Below, piece by piece: positions 8,961 through 19,512 of a DNA stretch of 64,000 nt. Every line of letters begins with the position of its first letter. Position 1 is the first letter of the stretch. Origin of the DNA: a bacterium (GTDB taxonomy: Bacteria > Zhuqueibacterota > Zhuqueibacteria > Residuimicrobiales > Krinioviventaceae); NCBI GenBank assembly GCA_963693055.1, contig OY843751.1, positions 1,856,001 to 1,920,000 of the forward strand. The letters are read 5' to 3'. The notes under the pieces were generated by a model that saw only the letters and a program-made list of their open reading frames with translations, was not told the DNA's origin and did not search any database. Both the position numbers and the translations under genes were made by a program.

Positions 8961-9743
8961 CTAGATTGTTGATTTGAGTGTTTTTACAAATTCCCCTGCA
9001 AAGTCTGCTTTATTTTCCACTTTTTCCAACTTTGCTATTAACCAGCTGCCTATGATAACAGAATCTGCTATCTGGCTTGCTGCTTTAGCATCCAGATTTG
9101 ATGCAATTCCAAATCCAATAGCCAATGGTATATTTGTACTTTTACGAACGGATTGAATAATGTTTTTCAATTCATCGCTGGCGTGAAAGCCCTTACCGGT
9201 TGTTCCATAATTGGATACACAATACAAAAAGCCCTGAGATGCTTGAATGATTTTTTGTGTACGTTCATTTTCAAGCTCTGGTGCTATGAGTTGAATGAGA
9301 GAGATGTTGTATTTTGTACACTGTTCCGCAAGATCATGACTTTCTTCAAAAGGCAGGTCTGCCATGATCAATCCATCTCCACCAGCCGTGTTTAAATCTT
9401 TAGTAAAAGCTTCCAATCCATATTGGTAAACAGGATTATAATAGCCCATCAATACTATCGGAGTATTATGGGTTTGTCGAAAGGATTTGACCAAATCCAA
9501 TATTTTTTGAATATTGACATTGTTTTTCAATGCTCTGTTTGAAGCACGTTGTATAACCGGCCCATCAGCAATGGGATCAGAAAAGGGAACTCCCAATTCT
9601 ATACAATCTACACCATTGTCAGCCATTGCTTTCATAATGTCGAGTGTGGTATCAATATCAGGATCCCCGGCGGTGATATAGAGTATTAATCCTTTTTCCT
9701 GATTTTGTTTCAATGTATTTAAATGGGTTTCCAATCTGTTCAT
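8961..9743 (-). CDS. trpA: Tryptophan synthase alpha chain
   Basis: IELGVPFSDPIADGPVIQ, MGYYNP, GTTG, IGFGI. Start placed at ATG 9743 (MNRL), behind a GAGGG RBS. Confidence 0.96.
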   Translation of the reverse strand: MNRLETHLNTLKQNQEKGLILYITAGDPDIDTTLDIMKAMADNGVDCIELGVPFSDPIADGPVIQRASNRALKNNVNIQKILDLVKSFRQTHNTPIVLMGYYNPVYQYGLEAFTKDLNTAGGDGLIMADLPFEESHDLAEQCTKYNISLIQLIAPELENERTQKIIQASQGFLYCVSNYGTTGKGFHASDELKNIIQSVRKSTNIPLAIGFGIASNLDAKAASQIADSVIIGSWLIAKLEKVENKADFAGEFVKTLKSTI

Positions 9744-9753
9744 TTTTCCCTCT

Positions 9754-10917
9754 CTAATCATGTTGTAAAGTTACAATATCTTTGTCACCACGCCCGGACA
9801 AACAAACCAGAATAGATTTGTCTTTATCAAGTTGTGGTGCCAATTTCATGGTATGTGCAATTGCATGTGAACTTTCCAGTGCAGGAATAATACCTTCTTC
9901 GCGGGCTAAAAGTTTATATGCTTCAATTGCTTCATTGTCATAGATTTTAACATATTCCGCGCGGCCCGATTCTTTCAGGTATGAATGCTCTGGACCTACT
10001 CCCGGGTAATCGAGTCCTGCGGCTATAGAGTGTGCCTCGGAAATTTGGCCATTTTCTGTCTGGATAAAAAATGTTTTTTTACCATGAAACACACCAATCG
10101 TACCAAATGTGAGAGATGAAGAATTATCACCAATTGCATCGCCTCTACCGCCGGCTTCAACACCAACAAGCTTTGCAGTAGTGTCGATAAATGGATGAAA
10201 CGTGCCCATCGAGTTACTTCCACCACCAACACAGGCAACAACATAATCTGGAACATTAACATTATATGCCGGTAATTGTTCACGTGCTTCACGGCCAATT
10301 ACGGATTGAAAATTACGCACCATTTGAGGAAAAGGGTGTGGTCCAATTACCGATCCCACCAGGTAATGAGTGGTCTTTACGCTTTGCGCCCATTCACGCA
10401 TCGTTTCATTAACAGCGTCTTTTAATGTTTGTGATCCACTTTCAACCGGAATAACCTGCGCACCCAATAGCTTCATGCGAAAAACATTCAATTCCTGCCT
10501 TATTGTATCTTCTTTGCCCATATAAATATGACATTCCATGCCCAGCAACGCACACACTGTAGCAGTTGCAACACCATGCTGTCCGGCACCGGTTTCAGCA
10601 ATGATACGGTTTTTGCCCATTTTTTTTGCCAACAGTGCTTGTCCCAAACAGTTGTTTAATTTATGAGAACCGGTATGATTCAGATCTTCACGTTTTAAAA
10701 AGATTTTTGCACCGCCTGCTTTTTCAGTCAGATTTTTTGCATAGTAAACAGGGGTGGGTCTGCCGGAATAATTTGCCAGCAACCAGGCCAGTTCCTGCTG
10801 AAATTCAGGATCTGATTTAGATTCTTTATAAAACTTTTCAAGTTCTATCAATGCCGGCATCAGCAGTTCTGGAACAAACTGACCACCGAATTGACCAAAA
10901 TATCCATGATTAGCCAT
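9754..10917 (-). CDS. trpB: Tryptophan synthase beta chain
   Basis: [12 protein letters not shown] (PLP Lys), [32 protein letters not shown]. Confidence 0.98.
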   Translation of the reverse strand: MANHGYFGQFGGQFVPELLMPALIELEKFYKESKSDPEFQQELAWLLANYSGRPTPVYYAKNLTEKAGGAKIFLKREDLNHTGSHKLNNCLGQALLAKKMGKNRIIAETGAGQHGVATATVCALLGMECHIYMGKEDTIRQELNVFRMKLLGAQVIPVESGSQTLKDAVNETMREWAQSVKTTHYLVGSVIGPHPFPQMVRNFQSVIGREAREQLPAYNVNVPDYVVACVGGGSNSMGTFHPFIDTTAKLVGVEAGGRGDAIGDNSSSLTFGTIGVFHGKKTFFIQTENGQISEAHSIAAGLDYPGVGPEHSYLKESGRAEYVKIYDNEAIEAYKLLAREEGIIPALESSHAIAHTMKLAPQLDKDKSILVCLSGRGDKDIVTLQHD

Positions 10918-11521
10918 TTTTATATATTTCCTTTACTGTTTTAATCAAGCGTTCCATTTTTGAGTGATTTTTTATTCCCGGTGCATCTTCTATCCCGGAG
11001 CTGGTATCAATTCCAAAAGGAGTAAACTCCTCCAGTAATTCCAGCACGGTATCCGGCGTTATGCCACCAGCCAGTATGATTTCATCAAGATTCAAGTTCT
11101 TTAATAGTTGTTTGTCTACCAGTTTTCCCGTTCCACCAGCCTGCCCAGGTACATAAGCATCAAATAATTTTTTAAAAATCTGATTGTAATTTCCGGCAGT
11201 AGTAATTGTATCTGAATCTTTGACTCTGAAAGCCTTTATTACCGGTTTTTCAATTTGTTCACAATATTTTGGTGATTCACTACCATGCAATTGAATATAA
11301 TCAAGATTGCATAGCGTTGCAGTATTGTTTACGAATTGTATTTCCTGATCCATAAAAACACCCACTTTGGGTACCGTTGTTTTATTACATATTTCTGCTG
11401 CAGCTTGCGGTGTAATCTGTCTCGGACTATGGGTGAAAATAAAACCAACAGCATTTACTCCCAGTTCCTGTGCATACAAAACATCCTCTAATCGGGTCAT
11501 TCCGCAGTATTTAATCCACAT
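10910..11521 (-). CDS. trpF: Phosphoribosylanthranilate isomerase
   Basis: KYCG, QLHGSE, GGTG, LAGG, DTSSGIE...K. Confidence 0.95.
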   Translation of the reverse strand: MWIKYCGMTRLEDVLYAQELGVNAVGFIFTHSPRQITPQAAAEICNKTTVPKVGVFMDQEIQFVNNTATLCNLDYIQLHGSESPKYCEQIEKPVIKAFRVKDSDTITTAGNYNQIFKKLFDAYVPGQAGGTGKLVDKQLLKNLNLDEIILAGGITPDTVLELLEEFTPFGIDTSSGIEDAPGIKNHSKMERLIKTVKEIYKNG

Positions 11522-12308
11522 GGTTGATTCCTTTTAATTCGTTTAGGAATGACTCTTTATCTGGTTTTTTCATTAACGATTCTCCAATCAATGCGGCATT
11601 AAAGCCTGCCTCTTGCAACATGACAATATCCTCTCGTGTAAAAATACCGCTTTCACTCACACGAATTGTTTCTTTTGGCATCATGTCGCTCAACCGTTTG
11701 CTGGTTTCCAGTGTAGTTTCAAAGGTTTCCAGATTTCGATTATTTACACCAATAATTGAAGCATCTGCCTTGACTGCAATTTCCAGTTCTTTTTCATCAT
11801 GTACTTCTACTAACGCATCCAGATTCATTGAACCAGCCAATTGTAAAAGCTCTGATATTTGTTGAGGATCCAGAGCTGCTACGATTAATAATATTGCGCT
11901 TGCTGAATGGTTTACGGCTTCATAAATCTGGTATTCATCAACAATAAAGTCTTTGCGTAAAGTTGGTAACCCGATGAATTCAGAAATCTCGTATAAATAA
12001 TTCAAATGTCCTTGAAAATACAATTCTTCAGTCAAAACCGATATCGCTGCTGCACCGCCTTGTTCATATTGTTTGGCAAAAAAGAGCGGATAAAAATGCT
12101 CGCAAATCACTCCTTTACTGGGAGATGCTTTTTTTACCTCTGCAATGATTGCCATATTATCAGATACAAGTGAGTCTCTAAACCGGTGCGGTGTTTTGTT
12201 TTGTGCTTTTTCTTCTGCAATTCTTTTAACTTTTAAAATGGAATTTAATTTTTTCCGTTCTACAAGCTGTTTTTTTGTATCTGTTATAATTTTATCTAAT
12301 ATATTCAT
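11511..12308 (-). CDS. trpC: Indole-3-glycerol phosphate synthase
   Basis: IAEVKKASPSKG, LRKDFI, LVEVH, GVNNRNL, SESG. Start placed at ATG 12308. Confidence 0.96.
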   Translation of the reverse strand: MNILDKIITDTKKQLVERKKLNSILKVKRIAEEKAQNKTPHRFRDSLVSDNMAIIAEVKKASPSKGVICEHFYPLFFAKQYEQGGAAAISVLTEELYFQGHLNYLYEISEFIGLPTLRKDFIVDEYQIYEAVNHSASAILLIVAALDPQQISELLQLAGSMNLDALVEVHDEKELEIAVKADASIIGVNNRNLETFETTLETSKRLSDMMPKETIRVSESGIFTREDIVMLQEAGFNAALIGESLMKKPDKESFLNELKGINHVD

Positions 12309-12321
12309 TATTCTGCCAGTT

Positions 12322-13344
12322 TCAGTTCGCATTTACAGTAGTGGATTGGGTGAATTCTATGCATTCGTTTAATTTATTTTTGGCTTTTCCGGAATAAATG
12401 GTTTCAAAAGCAAGCTCTACACCTTCTTTGATTGAGCTGCTTTTTCTGCCAATATACATTGCCACACCGGCATTAAATGCGGTAATATCTGTTTTTGCAT
12501 CCTTTTTACCGTCAAGAATTGATTTGATAATTTGTGCATTCTCATCGGCTTCATTGCCCTTGACTGATTCTATGGGTTGTTTTGTAATGCCAACGGATTC
12601 CGGTGAAATGGTGTATTGTTTGATCTCGCCATTTACCAGTTCAAACACATCTGTGTCGCTGCTGATAGAAAATTCATCCAATCCATCTTGACTGTGAATT
12701 ACCATTACATGCTCGCTGCCAAGTGATTTTAATACATTGACCATTTTCTCTGCGGTTTCAAGATTAAAGGCTCCAATAACCTGACGCTTAACCAGTGCCG
12801 GGTTAGACATGGGCCCCAGTATATTAAAAACGGTTCGAATACCCATTTCTCTGCGTGGAACAACCGCATGTTTCATAGAAGGATGAAAGAGGGGAGCAAA
12901 AAGAAAGGCTAGCCCGGTTTCATGCAGGCATTTTTCAGACTGTTCAGGAGTTAAATCAATATTCATTCCCAGTGCATTGAAAACATCCGCACTGCCGCAT
13001 TTGCTTGAAACTGAACGATTTCCATGCTTGGCTACTGGAATGCCAGCAGCCGCTGTAACAATAGATGATGCTGTTGAAATGTTAAAAGTTGAAGAACCGT
13101 CACCACCTGTACCACAGGTATCAATGGTACCTACCGGAGCGGATATTGTATTTGCCTTTTTTAACATTGCCTTTACAAAAGAAGAAATTTCTTCTGTTGT
13201 TTCACCTTTTATCTTTAATCCCATCAGAAATGCTGCAACCTGAACTGGTGTAAATTTTCCGTTCATTATAGATAACATGGTTTCATATGCTTCTGCACTG
13301 CTTAAAGCAGTCTGGTTTGCAAGTTTATCTAAAATGGTTTTCAT
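12322..13344 (-). CDS. trpD: Anthranilate phosphoribosyltransferase
   Basis: DTCGTGGDG, NIST, KHGNRSVSSKCGSAD, DGLDE. Confidence 0.97.
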   Translation of the reverse strand: MKTILDKLANQTALSSAEAYETMLSIMNGKFTPVQVAAFLMGLKIKGETTEEISSFVKAMLKKANTISAPVGTIDTCGTGGDGSSTFNISTASSIVTAAAGIPVAKHGNRSVSSKCGSADVFNALGMNIDLTPEQSEKCLHETGLAFLFAPLFHPSMKHAVVPRREMGIRTVFNILGPMSNPALVKRQVIGAFNLETAEKMVNVLKSLGSEHVMVIHSQDGLDEFSISSDTDVFELVNGEIKQYTISPESVGITKQPIESVKGNEADENAQIIKSILDGKKDAKTDITAFNAGVAMYIGRKSSSIKEGVELAFETIYSGKAKNKLNECIEFTQSTTVNAN

Positions 13345-13356
13345 AATTTTCTCCTG

Positions 13357-13923
13357 TTAATTTTTTCTTACAAAATTTTCAATGATTTTCATACCATCTT
13401 TGGTCATAATCGATTCAGGATGAAACTGAACGCCCTCTACAGGATACTCTTTATGACGAATGCCCATAATCTGGTGATCTGCAGTTTCAGCAGTAATTTC
13501 AAGACAGTCTGGTAAAGATTCCCTTTCTACAATTAGAGAGTGATATCTGCCGCCTTTTAAAGGATTTGGAACATTTGCAAATAGCCCTTTACCATCATGA
13601 TTAATATCGCTGTCCTTTCCATGAACCAGTTCTTTGGCCTGAATAACTTTGCCTTGAAATGCTTCTGCAATGGATTGGTGTCCCAGGCAGACCCCAAGCA
13701 ATGGATATTTTTTGTAAAATGTTTTAATTACATCCAGAGAAATTCCTGCTGAATTCGGATACCCCGGTCCCGGAGAGATCACGATCTTGTCCGGATTCAA
13801 CTTTTCAATTTCTTCCAAGGTGATTTCATCATTTCGTTTAACTATTAGTGTTTCACCTAGCGTACCAATATATTGGACCAAATTATAAGTAAATGAATCA
13901 TAATTATCTATTACCAGTATCAT
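13357..13923 (-). CDS. trpG: Anthranilate synthase component II (glutamine amidotransferase)
   Basis: [32 protein letters not shown]; lies within the trp operon. Confidence 0.95.
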   Translation of the reverse strand: MILVIDNYDSFTYNLVQYIGTLGETLIVKRNDEITLEEIEKLNPDKIVISPGPGYPNSAGISLDVIKTFYKKYPLLGVCLGHQSIAEAFQGKVIQAKELVHGKDSDINHDGKGLFANVPNPLKGGRYHSLIVERESLPDCLEITAETADHQIMGIRHKEYPVEGVQFHPESIMTKDGMKIIENFVRKN

Positions 13924-15392
13924 AACAAACCTCCCTGCGCATATTCTATTGCTGTCAAAAGCCCTTTGGCTTTATTCAGTGTCTCTTGATATTCACTTTC
14001 AGGTACAGAATCCGCAACAATACCTGCGCCTGCCTGTACATAAGCATTATTATCTTTTATGTATATCGTTCTTATGGCAATACACACATCCATATTGCCG
14101 TTAAATCCAAAATATCCTGCTGCTCCGGCGTAAATACCGCGTTTTGTCGGTTCCAGTTCTTCAATGATTTCCATAGCTCTTACCTTTGGCGCTCCCGAAA
14201 CAGTACCGGCAGGAAAGCATGCTTTAAAAACATCAATGGCATCCATGCCTTCTTTTAGCTTGCCGCTAACAGTAGAGACAATGTGTATGACATGAGAATA
14301 TTTTTCCGTTATCATTAAATCTTCAACTTTGACAGATCCATATTCAGCAATACGGCCAATATCATTTCGACCCAAATCGACCAGCATGGTATGTTCAGCT
14401 CTTTCTTTGGGATCTGCCAACAACTCGTTTATGATTTCCTTATCTTCCTGTTCGTTTAAGCCTCGTTTCCGTGTGCCGGCAATCGGTTTGACCAAAACCT
14501 TGCCGTCTTCTAGTTTAACCAGTGTTTCCGGAGATGAGCCAAGAATGCTTGTATTATCCATGTCGAGATAAAACATATAAGGGGAGGGATTAATAACGCG
14601 TAAAGCCCGGTAAATATCAAAAGGATTGGTGTCTGTACTGACTCTGAGCCGTTGAGAGAGCACGCCCTGAAAGATATCGCCCTTTTTAATATATTCTTTG
14701 GTTTTTTCAACTATTTTTTTGTATTCCTCTTTGCTGATATTGCTTTCAAAGTAATCTGATTTAAGCAAGCTTGTTCTGCCATTCCGAAATTCGGGGCTGG
14801 AATGAATAGAATCTATAATATCTTTGATCTTGTTAACAGCTTCTGCATATTCTTTTTCTACGTTTCCTTTTGTTACAACATTATAGATAATTGTAATCGT
14901 ATTAAAGAGGTTGTCAAATACGATTACTTTTTGAGGAATGAACAATTGTATATCCGGTAATTCCATATCATCTATAGTCTGATCCGGAAGTTTTTCAATA
15001 TAACGGATAGAGTCGTAACCCATATAGCCAAAGAATCCATTATCGATAAATGGTATTTGATGAGAACTGTTGCTTTTGTATTGTTTATAAAGATTTTTAA
15101 GAACCTGAAATGGATTTTCTGTAAATGTCTCTTTTTCACCTGAATAAACATACTCGATATCTGTAACATTATTTTTGCATGTGAAAATTACAAGCGGGCT
15201 GTCACCAATTATTGAATAGCGCCCACGTTGTACTCCACCTTCAACGCTTTCCAGTAAAAAGCGAAATTTTCCGTTTGTTGCTTTCAGGAAAGTAGAGACG
15301 GGTGTGTCCATATCACCCAGAATTTCTGCCGTAACCGGATGAAAGTTTGAACTGTATTGTTCTCTAAATTCTTCAAAAGTCGTAATTTTCAT
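13920..15392 (-). CDS. trpE: Anthranilate synthase component I
   Basis: [41 protein letters not shown]. Confidence 0.96.
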   Translation of the reverse strand: MKITTFEEFREQYSSNFHPVTAEILGDMDTPVSTFLKATNGKFRFLLESVEGGVQRGRYSIIGDSPLVIFTCKNNVTDIEYVYSGEKETFTENPFQVLKNLYKQYKSNSSHQIPFIDNGFFGYMGYDSIRYIEKLPDQTIDDMELPDIQLFIPQKVIVFDNLFNTITIIYNVVTKGNVEKEYAEAVNKIKDIIDSIHSSPEFRNGRTSLLKSDYFESNISKEEYKKIVEKTKEYIKKGDIFQGVLSQRLRVSTDTNPFDIYRALRVINPSPYMFYLDMDNTSILGSSPETLVKLEDGKVLVKPIAGTRKRGLNEQEDKEIINELLADPKERAEHTMLVDLGRNDIGRIAEYGSVKVEDLMITEKYSHVIHIVSTVSGKLKEGMDAIDVFKACFPAGTVSGAPKVRAMEIIEELEPTKRGIYAGAAGYFGFNGNMDVCIAIRTIYIKDNNAYVQAGAGIVADSVPESEYQETLNKAKGLLTAIEYAQGGLL

Positions 15393-15408
15393 AATTTCTC
15401 CTATAAAT

Positions 15409-15446
15409 AAAAAAGGCGCTGTGATTTCGAGTGCTCACAGCGCCTT
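15409..15446 (-). terminator. Second (distal) terminator of the trp leader
   Basis: Minus strand AAGGCGCUGUGA-10 nt loop-UCACAGCGCCUU-UUUU; 12-bp perfect stem. Confidence 0.8.
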
Positions 15447-15450
15447 AAAC

Positions 15451-15486
15451 AAAAAACGCCGTGAATGTAATGGTACATCCACGGCG
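15451..15486 (-). terminator. First (3:4) attenuator terminator of the trp leader
   Basis: Minus strand CGCCGUGGAUGUA-CCAU-UACAUUCACGGCG-UUUUUU; 13-bp stem with one G-U pair. Confidence 0.85.
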
Positions 15487-15511
15487 AACATTTTTTATAT
15501 ATTAAATTATT

Positions 15512-15583
15512 TTACCGATGGCGTACCTTAAAACTCCAACGCCACCACCAATTTAAAAGATTTTGTAAAATAATTTGTGTCAT
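15512..15583 (-). CDS. trpL: trp operon leader peptide MTQIILQNLLNWWWRWSFKVRHR (23 aa)
   Basis: Translated by hand; absent from the ORF track. Four Trp codons (TGG TGG TGG CGT TGG) upstream of trpE, with 1:2, 2:3 and 3:4 pairings. Confidence 0.9.
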   Translation of the reverse strand: MTQIILQNLLNWWWRWSFKVRHR

Positions 15584-15613
15584 TCTTTTTCCATAAAATT
15601 GTTAACGAGCCAA

Positions 15614-15642
15614 AAATTAACATAATAAAATGTGAATGTCAA
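15614..15642 (-). promoter_or_regulatory. trp operon sigma70 promoter
   Basis: Minus strand TTGACA-N17-TAATTT with extended -10 TG, about 30 nt upstream of the leader ATG. Confidence 0.7.
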
Positions 15643-15708
15643 TACTTTTTTAATTTTTTTTGTCAATATAATAAAAAATTCAATAGAGCAGATGTTTTTA
15701 AAATTGAC

Positions 15709-15737
15709 TTGACTTGATTTTCTATTATTTATATATT
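15709..15737 (+). promoter_or_regulatory. rib operon sigma70 promoter
   Basis: TTGACT-N17-TATATT. Confidence 0.6.
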
Positions 15738-15859
15738 GAGGTTCGAATTTTGTAGGCTTGGTTCTTTTTTAAAATATCTAAAAATTTAAGCCCAAGTATT
15801 TGGGCTGTTTTGTGTTTATTTTGTTTGTTCAAGATTTAGTATAATATAAAGGTTTTTTT

Positions 15860-16993
15860 TTGACTAATCATTCAGATTCCAGTGTTGCTGAGACAGATTT
15901 ACAATTTATGAAACGGGCCCTAACGCTTGCTGAACGCGGGCGGGGTATGGTGAGCCCGAATCCTATGGTTGGGGCATTGGTAGTTAAAGATGGCAAGGTT
16001 GTAGGTGAGGGGTATCATGAAAAGTTTGGACTCGCGCATGCTGAAGTAAATGCGCTGGATAATGCAGGTGATGATTCAATTGGGGCCACTTTGTATGTTA
16101 CATTAGAACCCTGTTCTCACCATGGAAAAACACCCCCCTGTACAGAAAAGATATATGAAGCAGGCATCTCTCGTGTAGTTGTGGGTATGTCTGACCCTAA
16201 TCCCATTGTGAACGGCAAGGGTATTAATTTTTTGCGATCAAAAGGGATTTCTGTAACTGAAAATGTATTGCAGGATAAATGCTCGGAATTGAATGAAGGT
16301 TATATATTTTATATTACCCATAATCGTCCATTAATTACCTTGAAATTTGCCCAAACCCTGGATGGTAGAATTGCTACCAGTACAGGTCATTCTAAATGGA
16401 TTACATCTGAAGAATCACGTTCGCAGGCGCACAAGCTACGCGCCCGTAACGATGCTATTTTGGTTGGCATTGGCACTGTATTGATGGATGATCCCAGTTT
16501 GACTGTACATATGGCCAAAGGGCCTTCTCCTAAACGAATTATTCTAGATAGTCAACTTCGTGTTCCTCTGGATGCAGGAATTTTTTCAGATTCTATGACC
16601 AATCAGACTATAATTATGACAACAGATTCCGCATCAAAAGAAAAAATCAGCAGAATTGAGGAAAAAGGAGCTTTTGTTTTAATACTTGACCCGGATGAGA
16701 GAGGTTGGGTACCCCAGGAAAAATTGTGGAATAAACTTGCAGAAATTGGCATTACATCAGTAGTTGTTGAGGGAGGCAGTTCTATTTTTACGGAATGTCT
16801 CAGACACGGGTTTGCAGACAAGTTCTTTTGTTTTATTGCACCCAAAATATTAGGCAGCGGAATTGATACCATTGGTGATTTGAATATCCGGAATATAAAT
16901 TCAGCAATTCAATTGACCAATACCAAAGTTAAAAGATTAAAAACAGATTTCCTGATAACAGGAGATTTTAAAGATTTGTATCCTCTCGGTTAA
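15860..16993 (+). CDS. ribD: Bifunctional riboflavin biosynthesis deaminase/reductase RibD
   Basis: SPNPMVG, HAE, VTLEPCSHHGKTPPC, TLDG, WIT, VEGG. Confidence 0.96.
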   Translation: MTNHSDSSVAETDLQFMKRALTLAERGRGMVSPNPMVGALVVKDGKVVGEGYHEKFGLAHAEVNALDNAGDDSIGATLYVTLEPCSHHGKTPPCTEKIYEAGISRVVVGMSDPNPIVNGKGINFLRSKGISVTENVLQDKCSELNEGYIFYITHNRPLITLKFAQTLDGRIATSTGHSKWITSEESRSQAHKLRARNDAILVGIGTVLMDDPSLTVHMAKGPSPKRIILDSQLRVPLDAGIFSDSMTNQTIIMTTDSASKEKISRIEEKGAFVLILDPDERGWVPQEKLWNKLAEIGITSVVVEGGSSIFTECLRHGFADKFFCFIAPKILGSGIDTIGDLNIRNINSAIQLTNTKVKRLKTDFLITGDFKDLYPLG

Positions 16994-16995
16994 AA

Positions 16996-17637
16996 ATGTT
17001 TACCGGATTAATTGAAGAAATTGGACAAATACGATCCATTGAAAATTTTGGCGATGGGTCCAGAATACATATAAATGCAACAAAAATCCTTGATGATATC
17101 AATCTGGGTGACAGTATAGCTGTAAATGGCGTCTGTTTAACAGTTGTATCCCACTCTGATAATTCGTTCAGTGTTGAAGCTGTAAAAGAAACCATGACAC
17201 GCTCAGCACTATCTGAGTTAAAAATCCATCAAAATGTCAATCTGGAGCGCGCATTAAAAGCAAACAGTCGTTTGGGTGGCCATTTTGTACAAGGCCATGT
17301 GGATGGGATTGGTACGGTTTTGGCAATGGATAAACAGGATCCTGGTTATTTGTTAAAAATACAATTACCAGCTGAACTGTCTAAATTTTTGGTTGAAAAA
17401 GGATCTATAGCTATTAATGGCATTAGTTTGACACTGGCTTCTGTAGAAAGTGACCGAATCTCATTGGCAATCATTCCACATACGGTGCAAGCAACAACTT
17501 TACATGCGCTCAAAAGTGGAGATTCAGTCAATATTGAAGTTGATGTGCTTGGTAAATATATTTATAAAATGGTTGGGCCATTTGCCCAGCAAAGTGGTAT
17601 TACACTTGAAAAATTAAAAGATTTTGGATTTGATTAA
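16996..17637 (+). CDS. ribE: Riboflavin synthase alpha chain
   Basis: N-terminal MFTG, GDSIAVNGVCLT, GGHFVQGHVDG, KGSIAINGISLT. Confidence 0.96.
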   Translation: MFTGLIEEIGQIRSIENFGDGSRIHINATKILDDINLGDSIAVNGVCLTVVSHSDNSFSVEAVKETMTRSALSELKIHQNVNLERALKANSRLGGHFVQGHVDGIGTVLAMDKQDPGYLLKIQLPAELSKFLVEKGSIAINGISLTLASVESDRISLAIIPHTVQATTLHALKSGDSVNIEVDVLGKYIYKMVGPFAQQSGITLEKLKDFGFD

Positions 17638-17651
17638 CAACAAGAGGCATT

Positions 17652-18869
17652 GTGACTAGAGAAATTAAATTTAATACAATACCGGAAGCAATCGAAGCGT
17701 TAAAGCGGGGCGAGATCATTATTGTTTCTGATGATGAAGACCGTGAGAATGAGGGTGATTTTATTATGTTGGCGGACAAGGTCCGTCCTGAAGATATTAA
17801 TTTTATGGTAACCCATGGCAGAGGACTTGTATGTGTTGCAATGCCAGGGCAACGTTTGGAAGAGCTTGATATACATCTGATGGTTGGTAGAAATACCGCA
17901 TTACTTGGAACCAATTTTACTGTTTCTGTGGATTGCATGCATGGCATTGCAACTGGAATTTCTGCATATGATCGTGCAACTACTATAAAAAAACTTATTG
18001 ATCCTGACGCGCAACCCTCTGATTTTGCCAAACCGGGACATATTTTTCCTATTGCCGCAGAAGAAGGTGGGGTACTGAAACGTGCCGGTCATACTGAAGC
18101 AGTTGTAGATTTGGCTAAACTTGCGGGTGCTACACCTGCGGGTGTTTTGTGTGAAATTATGGAAGAAAATGGAGAGATGGCCCGTGTACCCTCTCTTATG
18201 AAAATTGCTAAAAAGTTTAATCTCTGTATTGTTTCTGTACGTGAACTTATACATTACCGCCATAAAAATGAAGTTTTGGTTGAAAAAATTGCTTCGGCAG
18301 AATTTCCTACAAAGTATGGCCACTTTACCTTGCATGCTTTTAAGAGCCAGTTAGAAATTGAAGAACATTTAGCTATTGTTAAAGGTGATGTCAATACAGA
18401 TGAACCCATACTTGTACGTGTGCATTCTCAATGTCTGACTGGAGATATTCTGGGATCCATGCGTTGCGATTGTGGAGACCAACTGCAAACAGCGTTAAAT
18501 GCTATTGAGGAAGAGGGCCGCGGTGTTGTTTTGTATATGAGACAGGAGGGGCGTGGAATTGGCCTGGGCAATAAAATTAAAGCCTATCATTTACAAGACA
18601 AGGGCAAAGATACTGTAGAAGCCAATCTTGAATTGGGCTTTAAGGCCGATTTACGCGATTATGGTATAGGCGCGCAGATTTTATTTGAATTGGGTGTACG
18701 TAATATTAAATTATTGACCAATAACCCCAAAAAGATTGTAGGGTTGGAAGGGTATGGGCTCAAAGTTGTTGAACGCATACCGATTGAAATCCAGGCAAAT
18801 GATGTAAATTCCTGTTATCTGACAACCAAGCGTGACAAGCTTGGTCATATGATAATGAACGATAAATAA
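17652..18869 (+). CDS. ribBA: Bifunctional DHBP synthase / GTP cyclohydrolase II
   Basis: DDEDRENEGD, RAGHTEA, RVHSQCLTGD...RCDCG, QEGRGIG, LTNNP. Confidence 0.97.
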   Translation: MTREIKFNTIPEAIEALKRGEIIIVSDDEDRENEGDFIMLADKVRPEDINFMVTHGRGLVCVAMPGQRLEELDIHLMVGRNTALLGTNFTVSVDCMHGIATGISAYDRATTIKKLIDPDAQPSDFAKPGHIFPIAAEEGGVLKRAGHTEAVVDLAKLAGATPAGVLCEIMEENGEMARVPSLMKIAKKFNLCIVSVRELIHYRHKNEVLVEKIASAEFPTKYGHFTLHAFKSQLEIEEHLAIVKGDVNTDEPILVRVHSQCLTGDILGSMRCDCGDQLQTALNAIEEEGRGVVLYMRQEGRGIGLGNKIKAYHLQDKGKDTVEANLELGFKADLRDYGIGAQILFELGVRNIKLLTNNPKKIVGLEGYGLKVVERIPIEIQANDVNSCYLTTKRDKLGHMIMNDK

Positions 18870-18899
18870 GAAATTCATATAAATTATACAGGTGTAAAA

Positions 18900-19367
18900 A
18901 TGCCCAATATTTTAGAAGGACAATTATCTGCAAAAAATAAAAAATTTGCCATTGTTGTGAGTCGGTTTAATGAGCTGATTTGCCGTAAACTTTTGGACGG
19001 AGCACTGGACTGTATCTCCCGTCATGATGGTGATCTTGGTAAAGTTGACATTGCCTGGGTACCTGGTTCATTTGAAATACCGGTTGCTACCAAAAAATTT
19101 GCCGATTCCAAAAAGTATGATGCCATAATATGCCTGGGTGCAGTGATTCGAGGTGCTACACCACATTTTGAATATATCTCTGCCGAAGTGACCAAAGGTA
19201 TTGCACAGGTAAGTCTGGAATATGGCGTGCCGGTTTCTTATGGTGTAATTACTCCGGATACCCTGGAACAGGCGCTTGAACGTGCCGGGACTAAATCTGG
19301 CAACAAAGGGTGGGATGCCGCCATGAGTGCCATTGAAATGGCAGACTTGTTCACCAAAATGGCTTAA
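18900..19367 (+). CDS. ribH: 6,7-dimethyl-8-ribityllumazine synthase
   Basis: [28 protein letters not shown]. Confidence 0.97.
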   Translation: MPNILEGQLSAKNKKFAIVVSRFNELICRKLLDGALDCISRHDGDLGKVDIAWVPGSFEIPVATKKFADSKKYDAIICLGAVIRGATPHFEYISAEVTKGIAQVSLEYGVPVSYGVITPDTLEQALERAGTKSGNKGWDAAMSAIEMADLFTKMA

Positions 19368-19390
19368 TATAATTCAGATTTTACATTTTC

Positions 19391-19420
19391 GGGTGATAAT
19401 TTTAAAATTGTCACCCATTT
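19391..19420 (+). terminator. Putative terminator after ribH
   Basis: GGGTGATAATTT...AAATTGTCACCC near-perfect inverted repeat followed by T-rich sequence. Confidence 0.55.
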
Positions 19421-19512
19421 CTTTATATTGCTGTGAATAACGGGAACCCGTATATTGTTCATAGAGTTTGATATACTAAACGAATTCAACCTGCAATAAG
19501 ATTGGTTTATCT

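Noticed and set aside
15738-15859. FMN riboswitch upstream of ribD
   Set aside because: No conserved FMN aptamer sequence is visible, and the leader is too AT-rich and short.
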